Made by a program: the position numbers and the translations under genes. The notes beneath the pieces are model-generated. The model had not been told where the DNA came from, ran no database searches, and worked only from the letters and a program-made list of their open reading frames with translations. From contig JAAYVL010000103.1 of the NCBI GenBank assembly GCA_012517205.1, forward strand, positions 2,413 through 66,412: a stretch of 64,000 bases of DNA. The letters run 5' to 3'. The DNA is from Verrucomicrobiota bacterium (GTDB lineage Bacteria > Verrucomicrobiota > Verrucomicrobiia > Limisphaerales > UBA8199). Shown piece after piece: positions 17,307 through 26,748 of the stretch; position 1 is the first letter of the stretch; every line of letters starts with the position of its first letter.

Positions 17307-17740
17307 CCTGAAGGCAGGGTAAATCCAAGGGGTCTGGGTAGTGAATCTGGATGCCGGAAAAGGCCGAAATCGCGGGGCGGAACGGGAGGTTGAACTCCAA
17401 GCTGCGAAAAAACCGCCAGTTGTGAATCTTTGGCGGATATGAGCGAGATTTCCGAGGGAATCAGATCGCCCGGAAATCGCCCGGCTTAATAAGTGGCTGA
17501 TCCGAAGCGACTTAGCTGGAGGCTTCCATCGCACGCCATCGTTCTATCGAAATCCATTCCACCGCTCCCTGTATGTGTAAACCATTGATTTTATAGTCGA
17601 ACGGTATTTTGGATTTAATGTTTATGCCGTTGAATTTGCTAAAAAAGAGGGTTGCCGGAGCCACGGTCTGGGCGGCCTGGGCTGATCAGGCTCTGATGGA
17701 ACGGAGGCAGGCAGTTGAGCATTTCTCCTGAATCGTTCCG
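17307..17740 (+). repeat. Conserved flanking module M, copy A-right (inverted relative to A-left, with about 200 bp of extra internal sequence)
   Basis: It starts CCTGAAGGCAGGGTAAATCC, compared with CTTGGAGGCAGGGTAGATTC in A-left. The core at 17577-17665 is GTAAACCATTGATTTTATAGTCGAACGG...GCCGTTGAATTTGCTAAAAAAGAGGGTTGCCGGAGCC. The end ...GGCAGTTGAGC...CTGAATCGTTCC matches the other copies. Confidence 0.7.
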
Positions 17741-17962
17741 GCTAAAGGTCCTTGAAGCTGGCAAAAACCATGCGTGACCCTTGCCGGGCTGAGCGAGTGG
17801 GGGTTAACCGCCGCAGAATCAGGGAAAAATCTTCGGGGCACCGTCCCGTCCAGCCCTAATACAGCATGTCCCAAGCCGGGGCAAAGCCAGCCGGGAGGAA
17901 ACCGTCTCGCAGGTCGTCAGAGTTGGGCCGCGGCGGGCCTCTGGAAAACGCCTTCTGTCAGT

Positions 17963-19267
17963 TCAAAAGCGCGCCCCCACCGTCAGCATTACGGCGTGGC
18001 TGAGGAAATCGTAAGTGCCATCCGCCCGTTCGCCGGAGCTCAAGGCGGGCTGCGAGGAGGGTTTGCTGCCGGTGACCTTGTGGCTCGGGCCGTAGCCGAA
18101 TTGATAGGCCAGGTCGAAATTGTAGCGCTTTCCCCGGAACCCGCCGCCGATGCTGAAAAAGTGCCGGTCCAGGTCCGCCGCCAGCGGGGTGTAATAGGCG
18201 TTCGGCACGGAGTTCTCGCTAAAGGCGTAACCGGCGCTCAGATGCCAGCCGGGCTCGAAGTATCGAGTCACGCCAAAGGAGTAAATCCAACTGGATTGCC
18301 AGTAGAGTTTGACATCCACGTTTCTGGAAATGGGATACGGCGGGGCGGGCGATTGGTAGAGCGTGGTTTTGCCAAAGCTGCTCCACTCCGTGTAATCCGC
18401 GTTAAACTCCAGGTTCCATTTCGGGGTGGGCCGGTAGGAAATCCCCACCACGGCCGTTAAGGGGAAGTCCAGTTCCATGTGCGCCGAGCGCCGTCCCTGC
18501 TTGATGTTCGGCTGGCGCAAAAAGTCCGTATTTCCCTCCAGTTTCACCGGGGCTGCACCGCGAAACGTTGCGCCCAGCGAGAGTTTCCTATGCGGCTGGA
18601 AAAGCACGCCCAGGTTGTAACTCTCGCTCCAGCCATCCCCCTTAAAGCGGAAGTAATCCTTCAAAAGCGGGCTGAGCTTGCGCAGCCCCTGCTCCATTTC
18701 CAGGTCCACGTAATTGATCATCAGGCCGCCGCCCAGCGACAGCCAGGACGCCGGCCGGAACGCCACCACCGGGTTGATGGTCGCGTAAGTCAGCGAGGCG
18801 TCCGTGGCGATCGAGCGGAAACCCGTGTTCTGCGGCCAGCTTATGCTGCCGCCATACGGCGCATAAAGCCCCACGCCAAAGCTCAGCGGCCAATCCCGGG
18901 GCGTGTAAGTGGCAAACCCCTGGGGAACCGCCGCCCAGGAATCCTTGATATGATACGTATTGGTGCGGCCTGGCCCGGGCGGCGTAAAGCGCGGCTCGTA
19001 GTAAAGCCCGCTGATTCCGCCCCGGAAGTTGAGCCCCTCAAGCTGGGTAATGCCCGCCGGATTGTAGAAAACGGCCGAGGCATTGTCGGCGGTGGCAACG
19101 AACGCCTCCCCGCGCGCCGTCGCAAAGGCATCCTGGCCTCCCAGCCGGAAGCCGTTGGCCGGGGCCTCCAAGGCCCAGGCCCCCCACAGCAAAACCGTCA
19201 GCAAACCGGAAATCGTCCGCCGGTTATTGATCATAGTCAGTCCAGTCAAATTAGCACGCCGCCTCAC
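17963..19267 (-). CDS. Outer-membrane beta-barrel transport protein, OMPP1/FadL/TodX family
   Basis: A signal-like N-terminus is followed by GFRLGGQDAFATARGEAFVATADNASAVFYNPAGI and a terminal aromatic ...TVGARF. The start may be MINNRRT at 19234. Confidence 0.8.
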   Translation of the reverse strand: MRRRANLTGLTMINNRRTISGLLTVLLWGAWALEAPANGFRLGGQDAFATARGEAFVATADNASAVFYNPAGITQLEGLNFRGGISGLYYEPRFTPPGPGRTNTYHIKDSWAAVPQGFATYTPRDWPLSFGVGLYAPYGGSISWPQNTGFRSIATDASLTYATINPVVAFRPASWLSLGGGLMINYVDLEMEQGLRKLSPLLKDYFRFKGDGWSESYNLGVLFQPHRKLSLGATFRGAAPVKLEGNTDFLRQPNIKQGRRSAHMELDFPLTAVVGISYRPTPKWNLEFNADYTEWSSFGKTTLYQSPAPPYPISRNVDVKLYWQSSWIYSFGVTRYFEPGWHLSAGYAFSENSVPNAYYTPLAADLDRHFFSIGGGFRGKRYNFDLAYQFGYGPSHKVTGSKPSSQPALSSGERADGTYDFLSHAVMLTVGARF

Positions 19268-19876
19268 CTAAACACGGAACGCCCCCCCAGACAAGCAGGT
19301 TTCCTGCCGCGCCGGCCGGAAAACCTGCCACTCAGAGCCAATCCCGCTCGCCGCACTCCTTTGGATTGCCATCGCTGCGCTCCCTTGCCCCGGGGCTTGC
19401 GGCCCCGCGGGCGCTTCGAGGCCTGCAAACTGCGCCGCTGGCAAGGCGGCGGGGCAGTTTTTCGGAGCCGCGCTTGGCTTTCTGGCTGCCTTATGCTTGC
19501 CGCTGGCGGGACAAGGCGGTACGCTGGAGCCGCATAAAGCAAAACATGCGGGCGTGAGTGGCATCGAGAGAAAGAGTGACTCGACGAATGCGGCGGATGC
19601 CCATTATAACGGGCCGACGGGGCAGGTTCCATACAAGGAACTGGCCGAGGTGTTCAAGGCTTCGAGGGTGCGCGTTCGGGACGGGGACGCGCGTGAGCCA
19701 AGCGCGGGATGATCTGCGCGCACGGGGTTGCGCCACCATGCGGAGTATCTTTCGGATGGGAATCGCGGTTCGCGCGCCCGCTCGCGCCAGGCGCTGCGTG
19801 GGCGAAGTGGGCGCAGCGGGTCTGGATGCTATCGTAAGGCAAACACCGCCAAACTTCGGGCAAACAACGAAATCCT

Positions 19877-21391
19877 ATGAGCGCAGAGAACCCGGCAGCC
19901 AGCGAGAACACAAAACAGACCACCGCCTGCAGTCGGCGCGACGCCCTCAAATTCCTGGGGGCGGCCACCGCCGGACTGGCCGTGGCGGCAGCGCCGCCGG
20001 CAATGGCCGCCGCCGGCCCCGCGAAAGGGGCGAATCCCGATGGCGGCGCCCCTGGGAGAGGCATCAGTCGTGAAACGCTGAGCTCACGCGGGAGCGCACA
20101 AGGCGGCATCCTGCCCGTCAAATACGAGGTGGCGGTCTGCGGCGGAGGCCCGGCCGGCCTGATGGCCGCGATTGCCGCCGCGCGAAACGGAGCCAAAACC
20201 ATTCTGATCGAGCGGTATGGCTTTCTGGGCGGGATGGCCACGCAGTCATTGGTCAGCCCGTTAAGCGTATTTAACAAAAACCGGAAAAGGATTATCGGCG
20301 GGATTCCGCTGGAGTTTGCCGAACTGATGGAGACGCTCGGAGGCGCGGACACCACTTACCCGTCCGGGAACATTCACTTTGATCCGGAGATTTACAAGCT
20401 TGCCGCCCAACGAATGGTCTTTGCATCCGGCGGGTCGCTGATTTTGCATTCCTATATTTCCGGATGTCTCAGGGAGGGGGATGGAAATGGCAGAATCACG
20501 GGCATTGTGATCGAGAATAAATCAGGTCGGCAGAAAATCGAAGCCCGGTATTTCATTGACTGCACCGGCGATGCGGACGTGATAAAGTTTGCGGGTCTTC
20601 CGTATGTGATGGGGGACGGCGAAAGCCATGAACTGCAGCCCATGACGCTGTGGTTCAGGCTCGGCGGAGTGGATACGGACCGGCTTGAGAACATGGAGAT
20701 GCGAGAAAGCGGCAAGCGCCACGTCAATTCCCGCATCCGGGACGCGCTCCTCAAGCTGGGGAACGAGGCCCCGGTGCCTCAATTTGGCGGCCCGTGGATG
20801 TTCACAACTTTCCGAAAAGGAGAAGCCTCCGTAAATATGTCGCGCTATGCCGGGAACGGAACCGACGTGCTCAGCCTGACCCAGGCGGAATGCACTTTGC
20901 GCGAGGATGTCTTCAAACTGGTGAAGCTGTTGCGGGAGCACTTCCCGGAATTCAAAAACGCCTACCTTATTGACACCGGGACGCAGGTGGGAATCCGGGA
21001 AACCCGGAGAATCACCGGCTTATACGAGATGACCCTGGATGACATCATGGCCCCGAAGGATTTCCCGGATACCGTGGCCAAAGGCGGCCATCCTGTGGAT
21101 ATACACAAAGCGGGGAGCCGGGAGCAGGATCTCAGGGCAGTCAAAACCGGCTACAATATACCTTACCGATCCATGATTCCTGTGGGATCGGACAACTTAA
21201 TTGCCGCCGGAAGGCCGATCTGCGCGGCCCGGGAAGCGTTTGCCTCAATCCGGGTGCAGGCTACCTGTATGGCCCTGGGGCAGGCGGCGGGCACGGCGGC
21301 CGCGTTGTGCCATCAAAAGGATATTCCGGTCCATAAGCTGGACGGCGCGGAACTCAACGGCATTCTGCGCAAGCAAGGCGCGGTGGTATAA
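19877..21391 (+). CDS. Tat-exported FAD-dependent oxidoreductase (FAD_oxidored family)
   Basis: Twin-arginine-like leader: SRRDALKFLGAATAGLAVAAAPPAMA. Dinucleotide fold: YEVAVCGGGPAGLMAAIAAARNGAKTILIERYGFLGGMAT. Confidence 0.8.
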   Translation: MSAENPAASENTKQTTACSRRDALKFLGAATAGLAVAAAPPAMAAAGPAKGANPDGGAPGRGISRETLSSRGSAQGGILPVKYEVAVCGGGPAGLMAAIAAARNGAKTILIERYGFLGGMATQSLVSPLSVFNKNRKRIIGGIPLEFAELMETLGGADTTYPSGNIHFDPEIYKLAAQRMVFASGGSLILHSYISGCLREGDGNGRITGIVIENKSGRQKIEARYFIDCTGDADVIKFAGLPYVMGDGESHELQPMTLWFRLGGVDTDRLENMEMRESGKRHVNSRIRDALLKLGNEAPVPQFGGPWMFTTFRKGEASVNMSRYAGNGTDVLSLTQAECTLREDVFKLVKLLREHFPEFKNAYLIDTGTQVGIRETRRITGLYEMTLDDIMAPKDFPDTVAKGGHPVDIHKAGSREQDLRAVKTGYNIPYRSMIPVGSDNLIAAGRPICAAREAFASIRVQATCMALGQAAGTAAALCHQKDIPVHKLDGAELNGILRKQGAVV

Positions 21392-21596
21392 AACCGGAGC
21401 CACAGCCGCACCCTCCACCGGCTGGCCCTGCCGGCATACTGTTGCCCCGATCCGCCCCTTCCGCCAATCATCGAGGAACTTAACCGCCGCCCAACCCGCA
21501 GCCTCAACCTCCCTGGCTCATGATCCGCAAAGCAAAGGACCCGGCGCCAACAGGCAAGCTGTCGAGGCCCGCGCCCGCAATCGAAGGCGGGTTGCG

Positions 21597-22487
21597 TCAG
21601 GAACTGGCGCTGGTATAGCGGCGCATGGAAAAGCGCCAGCCCAGCTCGGATACGGCGAAGCAAACCGCGCTCATGCCCAGCAAAAGGAGCACGGGGCCAG
21701 GTGAACTGAGCTTGTCGGCCAGCAGGCGGACGGGCACGTTGGAAACGAGCAGCATCGGCAGGGCGAAAGTGAACAGGGCTTTAAACAGGCCGCCGAAGGC
21801 TTCGTCAGGCAGGCGGGCCACGTTGAAGAGATTGTAATAACCCCAGACAATGCCCTGGGCGCGCACGGTCCAGAAGCTGATGCTGGCCAACAGAAACATC
21901 AGTGAGTAGTGAATCATCACGCCCGCGGCGCAGAGCGCCAGGAAGCCTGCGATCTGCCCGGCTGAGGGCGCCAGCTGCAACTGGCGCGCAGCGTAGATCA
22001 TCACGGCGATGGCAGAAGCGGCGTTGACGAACGCGCCCAGGTCCACTTGCCGGAGCGACACAACAAAGCGTGTGTTGACCGGCAGCAGCAGCAGAAAATC
22101 GAGTTTGCCGTTGCGCACCAGCTCCGAGAGATTGGTGCAGTTAATCAGGAAGAAGGCCTGGAAAATCTGTTGGACGAAGTGGCTGGCGCCAATCAGCAGC
22201 ACGACCTGCCACTGGGTCCAAGTGCCGATGTGTTCCGTGTGCAGGTAGAGCACGCCGATAAAGCAAAGTTGCATGGCGAACCAAAGCAGCTCCACCAGAA
22301 TCCACAGCAGGAAGTTGGCCTTGAAACTCATCTCGCGCGCAACCGAGTTTTTCCAGAGCGCGGCATAGACTCCGCAATACCGGAGCGCCGGGCGGAAAAG
22401 CCGGGAAAAAGAGGGGGAGGCGGGAGGGGGCGGGCGCGTGCCGACGCCGCTTCTTTCGGGTTGGGGATTGGGACTGGTGGGTTTCAT
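21597..22487 (-). CDS. ABC-2 family transporter permease (DUF990-like)
   Basis: 296-aa polytopic ORF placed immediately after its paralog, with a 1-nt gap. Confidence 0.7.
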   Translation of the reverse strand: MKPTSPNPQPERSGVGTRPPPPASPSFSRLFRPALRYCGVYAALWKNSVAREMSFKANFLLWILVELLWFAMQLCFIGVLYLHTEHIGTWTQWQVVLLIGASHFVQQIFQAFFLINCTNLSELVRNGKLDFLLLLPVNTRFVVSLRQVDLGAFVNAASAIAVMIYAARQLQLAPSAGQIAGFLALCAAGVMIHYSLMFLLASISFWTVRAQGIVWGYYNLFNVARLPDEAFGGLFKALFTFALPMLLVSNVPVRLLADKLSSPGPVLLLLGMSAVCFAVSELGWRFSMRRYTSASS

Positions 22488-22488
22488 T

Positions 22489-23295
22489 TCATCCTCCTAC
22501 CGCGGAGTAATGCTTGATCCCGCGCCGCCATGCGAACCGCGCCGCGCCGTACGCCGCGATTACCCAGGAAGCCTGCACCAGCAACCCGCGAAGAAGGTCC
22601 ATGCCCGCCGCTTTGCCGATATAAACACTCACCGGGAAATAGAGTTGGTAGGGAAACGGGGTGAAATAGAGCGCCTGCTCCAGGCCGCGCGGCAGGATGT
22701 CCAGGGGGAAAAGGTGTCCGCTGGCAATATATTCGAACGCGTACAGGATGAAAATAAACGTGGAGACCTCCAGCACCCAGAAGGCCAGCATGGCCATCGC
22801 GTAAGACATGAAAAACTGCAGCAGGGCCGTCAACGCCGTGGAAAGGAGGAAGGCCGCGAGCGCAACTCCGTCCGCCGGCGGCTCCAGGTACGAACGGAAG
22901 CACGCAAAAAAGAGCGCCAGCGGGATGAACGCCACGGCCAGGTAGGTCAGCCGGCCCGACAGGTACAGGCATAGCCGGTACCAAAGGTAATCAATCGGTT
23001 TAAGCAGGAGTTGGCTGATGTTGCCGTCCTTGATATCCGCCGCGATTAACCAATCGTCCTCGTTCACCGCCGTCAGCGCATCCACCACGGTTATGAGCAG
23101 GTAATACGAGATCATTCCAGCCAGGGAATAGCTGCCGACGCTGGTTCCGGCGCCCTTGCCCGCGTAAATCTTCTGCCACACGTATAACATGGCGATGAGC
23201 GGGACCAGGCCAAACAACGCGCGGGCCAGGAAGTTGAATCGGTACGTCAGGCTGTTCTGAATCCCAATATTTATGACGTGCCAGTATTTTTTCAT
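22489..23295 (-). CDS. ABC-2 family transporter permease (DUF990-like)
   Basis: MKKYWHVINIGIQNSLTYRFNFLARALFGLVPLIAMLYVW is typical of the N-terminus of this permease family. No ATPase gene lies upstream. Confidence 0.75.
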   Translation of the reverse strand: MKKYWHVINIGIQNSLTYRFNFLARALFGLVPLIAMLYVWQKIYAGKGAGTSVGSYSLAGMISYYLLITVVDALTAVNEDDWLIAADIKDGNISQLLLKPIDYLWYRLCLYLSGRLTYLAVAFIPLALFFACFRSYLEPPADGVALAAFLLSTALTALLQFFMSYAMAMLAFWVLEVSTFIFILYAFEYIASGHLFPLDILPRGLEQALYFTPFPYQLYFPVSVYIGKAAGMDLLRGLLVQASWVIAAYGAARFAWRRGIKHYSAVGG

Positions 23296-23408
23296 CCACG
23301 CGCAGCAGGAGCGTATCGCAGGGGGAGCCGATTGGGAAGCGCCGATTCAGGCTGGCCTTTTTTCTCCGGCAAGTCATGATTTGCCTCATCGCCGGATACC
23401 GTAAAACT

Positions 23409-23879
23409 ATGATCACGCAGAAGCGCTGCCCGTTTTGCCAAACCCCCGCCGTTATGGGATGCCCACACCTTGCGATTGCGGTGGAAGGCCGCGATTTTGT
23501 CCGCCGCTGCGTGGAACTGTGCCAGGGGCAGAAACAATGGCGCGCCCTGGCCGAGCTGCGCCAGCGGCAGCGGCAGGCGACGGGCGAGTGGACCCCGGAA
23601 CGCGACGACTATACCTGGCTGGAAACGGCTTTCTGTGAGGAGTTTTTGAAGCCGCTCTCCTGGTTTGGGGGCCTGGAACACGAATGGCGGATCGGGCCGA
23701 AGGGCAATCAGGCCGGCTTTCTCGTGCTGTTGTGGTCGAAAGACCCGCGCCGGCTCTGGTGGCAGTTGCGCGATGAACTTGAGCGGCAGGCGCAGGAACC
23801 CTTCCCGGGCAAACGCCGGAAGGTTAAGGGCCAAAGCCCGCGGGCCAGCCGGCGGGATGGCGATTTGCGCCTGCTTTGA
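23409..23879 (+). CDS. Hypothetical protein with N-terminal CxxC...C motif
   Basis: MITQKRCPFCQTPAVMGCPHLAIAVEGRDFVRRCVELC... The composition is protein-like. The opposite-strand ORF 23292..24263 is Arg/Pro/Ala-rich shadow. I recognise no family. Confidence 0.5.
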   Translation: MITQKRCPFCQTPAVMGCPHLAIAVEGRDFVRRCVELCQGQKQWRALAELRQRQRQATGEWTPERDDYTWLETAFCEEFLKPLSWFGGLEHEWRIGPKGNQAGFLVLLWSKDPRRLWWQLRDELERQAQEPFPGKRRKVKGQSPRASRRDGDLRLL

Positions 23880-23921
23880 CGAGGGAGTTGCCGCCGCGGA
23901 AAAGACGACTACACTCGCCGC

Positions 23922-25010
23922 ATGATTCGGAACATCATCTTCGATTGGTCGGGCACGCTGGTGGACGATCTGCCGGCGGTCTGGCAGGCGACGAACTATG
24001 TCCTGGCGCAGGCGCGGCAGCCGGAGATGAGCCTGGAACAGTTCCGCGCCGAGTTTTGTCTGCCGTTCACAATTTTCTACGATCGCCATGTGCCGCACAT
24101 CCCGATGGCGCAGCTGGAGGAATGGTTTCACTGCCAGTTTCGGCAGGTGCAGGCTTCGGTGCGCGCGCTGCCGCATGCGCGGGAATTTCTGGAGTTTTGC
24201 CGCGCGCGCCAGTTTCGCACCTTCCTCCTTAGCACCGTTCACCACGAGTATTTTGACATCCAATCAGCGGCTACCGGCTTTGGGCCTTTTCTCGACAAAC
24301 CCTACCTCAATGTCTGGGACAAGCGTCAGAAAATACACGAAATCCTTGCGGAGAACCAACTGGCGGCCGAAGAAACACTCTTCGTGGGAGACATGCAGCA
24401 CGACATCGAGACGGCGCGGCATGGCGGCATTCATTCCTGCGCCGTGCTTACGGGCTACAACACTCTCGATCAATTGCGGCAGGCGGAGCCGGACTTGATT
24501 GTCGAGCATCTGGGTGAATTGCGCGAAGCCCTGGAAAGAAACGGGTTCAGCCTCAAAGCCTCCCTCCGGCAGGTTTCGGAAGACCGCCTGCCGGTCGCCA
24601 CCGTGGGCGGGTTGATCTTTAATGCCCGGGGCGAGGTGCTGATGATCCGCACGCACAAATGGTCTGATCTTTGGGGCATCCCCGGCGGCAAGATTAAATG
24701 GGGCGAGACGGCCATCGAGGCGCTGCGCCGCGAACTGCGGGAAGAAACCGGCCTCGAGGTTTCCGACATCCGATTTGTGCTCATGCAAGAGTGCATTCAC
24801 TCAAAGGAATTTTATCGCGCGGCGCACTTTATTCTGCTGAATTATACCTGTCGTTGCGTGGGTGAGCCTCAGGTGCGCTTGAACGAAGAGGCGCGCGAAT
24901 GGCGCTGGGTGACTCCGGCGCAGGCCAGCGAAATGCCCCTCAATCAACCCACGCGCACGTTGCTGTCAGCCGCCACCCGGCTCGAGTCCCAAACAAAAAA
25001 ACATGGCTAA
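23922..25010 (+). CDS. HAD-IA phosphatase / Nudix hydrolase fusion protein
   Basis: HAD motif I is IIFDWSGTLVDD, and FVGDMQHDIETA is also present. The C-terminal Nudix box is GGKIKWGETAIEALRRELREETGLEV (Gx5Ex7REUxEExGU). The stop overlaps the folB start by 8 nt (ATGGCTAA). Confidence 0.85.
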   Translation: MIRNIIFDWSGTLVDDLPAVWQATNYVLAQARQPEMSLEQFRAEFCLPFTIFYDRHVPHIPMAQLEEWFHCQFRQVQASVRALPHAREFLEFCRARQFRTFLLSTVHHEYFDIQSAATGFGPFLDKPYLNVWDKRQKIHEILAENQLAAEETLFVGDMQHDIETARHGGIHSCAVLTGYNTLDQLRQAEPDLIVEHLGELREALERNGFSLKASLRQVSEDRLPVATVGGLIFNARGEVLMIRTHKWSDLWGIPGGKIKWGETAIEALRRELREETGLEVSDIRFVLMQECIHSKEFYRAAHFILLNYTCRCVGEPQVRLNEEAREWRWVTPAQASEMPLNQPTRTLLSAATRLESQTKKHG

Positions 25011-25359
25011 GATAACGATTGTTGACTTGGAAGTGTATTATTGCGTCGGGGTGACCGACGAAGAACGGGCCCAGCCCCAGCGCCTGCTGCTGACGGTGGA
25101 TATGAACTTTGATTTTTCTTCCGCCGCGGTGAGCGACCGCATCGAACGAACGATCAACTACCAAACCGTGGCGGAAGACCTGCTGCGTTTTGGGCAGGGC
25201 CGGAGCTGGAAGCTGGTCGAAAAGCTGGCGGACAATATCGCCGAACGCGTGCTCGCAGAATACAAACCCCAGGGGGTGCTGGTGGAAGTAAAGAAGTTTT
25301 CCATCCCGCAAGCGCGTTTTGTCTCGGTGAGCCTGGGCAAGACGCGCCCCGCGCGCTAA
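25003..25359 (+). CDS. folB: Dihydroneopterin aldolase
   Basis: 118 aa. ITIVDLEVYYCVGVTDEERAQPQRLLLTVDM...INYQTVAEDL...KLVEKLADNIAERVL is a FolB-like pattern. Confidence 0.8.
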   Translation: MAKITIVDLEVYYCVGVTDEERAQPQRLLLTVDMNFDFSSAAVSDRIERTINYQTVAEDLLRFGQGRSWKLVEKLADNIAERVLAEYKPQGVLVEVKKFSIPQARFVSVSLGKTRPAR

Positions 25360-25397
25360 ACCAGCCGGAGCGCACTCCCCGCGGGATGAATCGCCGA

Positions 25398-25847
25398 TCA
25401 ACCGGGTAAACCGGTGATGTAGGTTTGCAACTGGCTAATGGTGGAATGCTGTGCGGAAATGATCCAGTTGACCAGGTCGCCGATCGAAACTATGCCGACG
25501 ATTTTATCTCCCTCAAGGACGGGCAAATGCCGGATATGGCGATCGGTCATCAAGCGCAGGCATTCCTCGACCGTATGCGTTGGGCTGACATAGATAACCT
25601 GGCTGGAAAGGATTTCCCGCACCGCGGTCGTTTTGGAGGATTTGCCTCGGAGCACCACCTTGCGTGTATAATCCCGCTCCGAAATGATGCCGACTAGTTT
25701 GCCGCCTTCCGTCACCAGCACGGCGCCGACATTCTTGTCCGCCATCAGTTGGATCGCCTCGAAGACGGTGGCTTCCGGGGCGATGGCCCAGGCAGCCCTG
25801 CCTTTCAGACTCAGGATGTCGCTTACTATTCCGGTTGGTTTCATCAC
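25398..25847 (-). CDS. CBS-domain pair protein
   Basis: 149 aa with two CBS-like repeats: VGAVLVTEGGKLVGIISERD and RHLPVLEGDKIVGIVSIGDL. Confidence 0.8.
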   Translation of the reverse strand: MMKPTGIVSDILSLKGRAAWAIAPEATVFEAIQLMADKNVGAVLVTEGGKLVGIISERDYTRKVVLRGKSSKTTAVREILSSQVIYVSPTHTVEECLRLMTDRHIRHLPVLEGDKIVGIVSIGDLVNWIISAQHSTISQLQTYITGLPG

Positions 25848-25898
25848 TGCCGCAATTTATCACGGCTCCTCACAAATGACACTAACATTCTGCGCCGC

Positions 25899-26675
25899 TC
25901 ACTGACAGAATTGCTCATAGAACGTCACGACGGAAATGATGAAGCCGATAAGCGTGATGATTAGCCGAACCTGTTGTGGGGGAATGCGCTGAGCATAATG
26001 CGCGCCCAGAAAATAACCAAACAGCGCCCCGGCGGTCATCACGCCGGCCTTCGGCCAGTGGATCAACCCCGCACCGATAAACCATCCAGCGGCGACCAGA
26101 TTGATGAGCGAGGCGAGAATGGTCTTCAGCGTGTTCATCTCGTGGATATGGCTCAGGCCCATGAAACCCAGTGAAGCAAGCATCAGGATGCCGATGCCAG
26201 CCCCGAAGTACCCCCCGTAAACCGCGACCGCAAACTGAAAAAAGACCGCCCCCCAAACCGCGCGATGTTTCCCCTTGGAGCTGGTGTGGACGCCCGGGCT
26301 GCCAAACCGGCGGAAGACGCCTTGGGCCAGGAACAGCAAAGTCGCAAACAGAATCAGGAACGGCACGAGTTTTGAGAAGACCCGGTTGCTGGTGCAGGTC
26401 AACAGGATGGCTCCCAGCACTCCCCCCAGCACGCTGACGGGCGCGAAGCGCCATAGCCACTGCCGGACGGGTCCGAGGTGCTCCCGATACCCGTAAATGC
26501 CGCCCGAAGTGCCTGCAACCAGCGCCAGCGTGCTCGTAGCATTGGCGATCACCGGCGGAGTGCCAAACAACAGCAATACCGGAAATGTGATTAATGTCCC
26601 GCCCCCCGCAACGGCATTGACCGCTCCGCCCGCCATCGCGGCAATGACCAAACCCAGGCTTTCCGTCACCATCAT
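25899..26675 (-). CDS. TauE/SafE (TSUP) family anion exporter
   Basis: Polytopic protein with AGGAVNAVAGGGTLITFP and YGGYFGAGIGILM. The start is set to MMVTESL at 26675 because the track start at 26786 overlaps tRNA-Leu. Confidence 0.8.
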   Translation of the reverse strand: MMVTESLGLVIAAMAGGAVNAVAGGGTLITFPVLLLFGTPPVIANATSTLALVAGTSGGIYGYREHLGPVRQWLWRFAPVSVLGGVLGAILLTCTSNRVFSKLVPFLILFATLLFLAQGVFRRFGSPGVHTSSKGKHRAVWGAVFFQFAVAVYGGYFGAGIGILMLASLGFMGLSHIHEMNTLKTILASLINLVAAGWFIGAGLIHWPKAGVMTAGALFGYFLGAHYAQRIPPQQVRLIITLIGFIISVVTFYEQFCQ

Positions 26676-26748
26676 CGTTGACGGGCGAAGATAGAGAGAG
26701 GTGGTGTTAACACAAGCCCAACCTGCTGAGCGGAAACCTTTTATCAGA

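Noticed and set aside
17194-17400. Small peptides with the recurring MYKGC/MYNGC...CTPLVHG motif (ORFs 17194..17400, 32317..32634, 47319..47516, 59365..59916)
   Set aside because: The similarity is produced by translating the iteron hairpin arms. It appears on either strand because the element is palindromic, and there is no conserved start, stop or length.
19272-19712. Possible small secreted protein in the 600-bp OMP/FAD-oxidoreductase intergenic region (…FFGAALGFLAALCLPLAGQGGTLEPHK…)
   Set aside because: The open frame has no ATG or GTG upstream of the signal-like stretch, only TTG/CTG. No RBS or conservation evidence is available.
23292-24263. 323-aa minus-strand ORF
   Set aside because: It is antisense to the hypothetical gene 23409..23879 and to the HAD-Nudix gene, with shadow composition.
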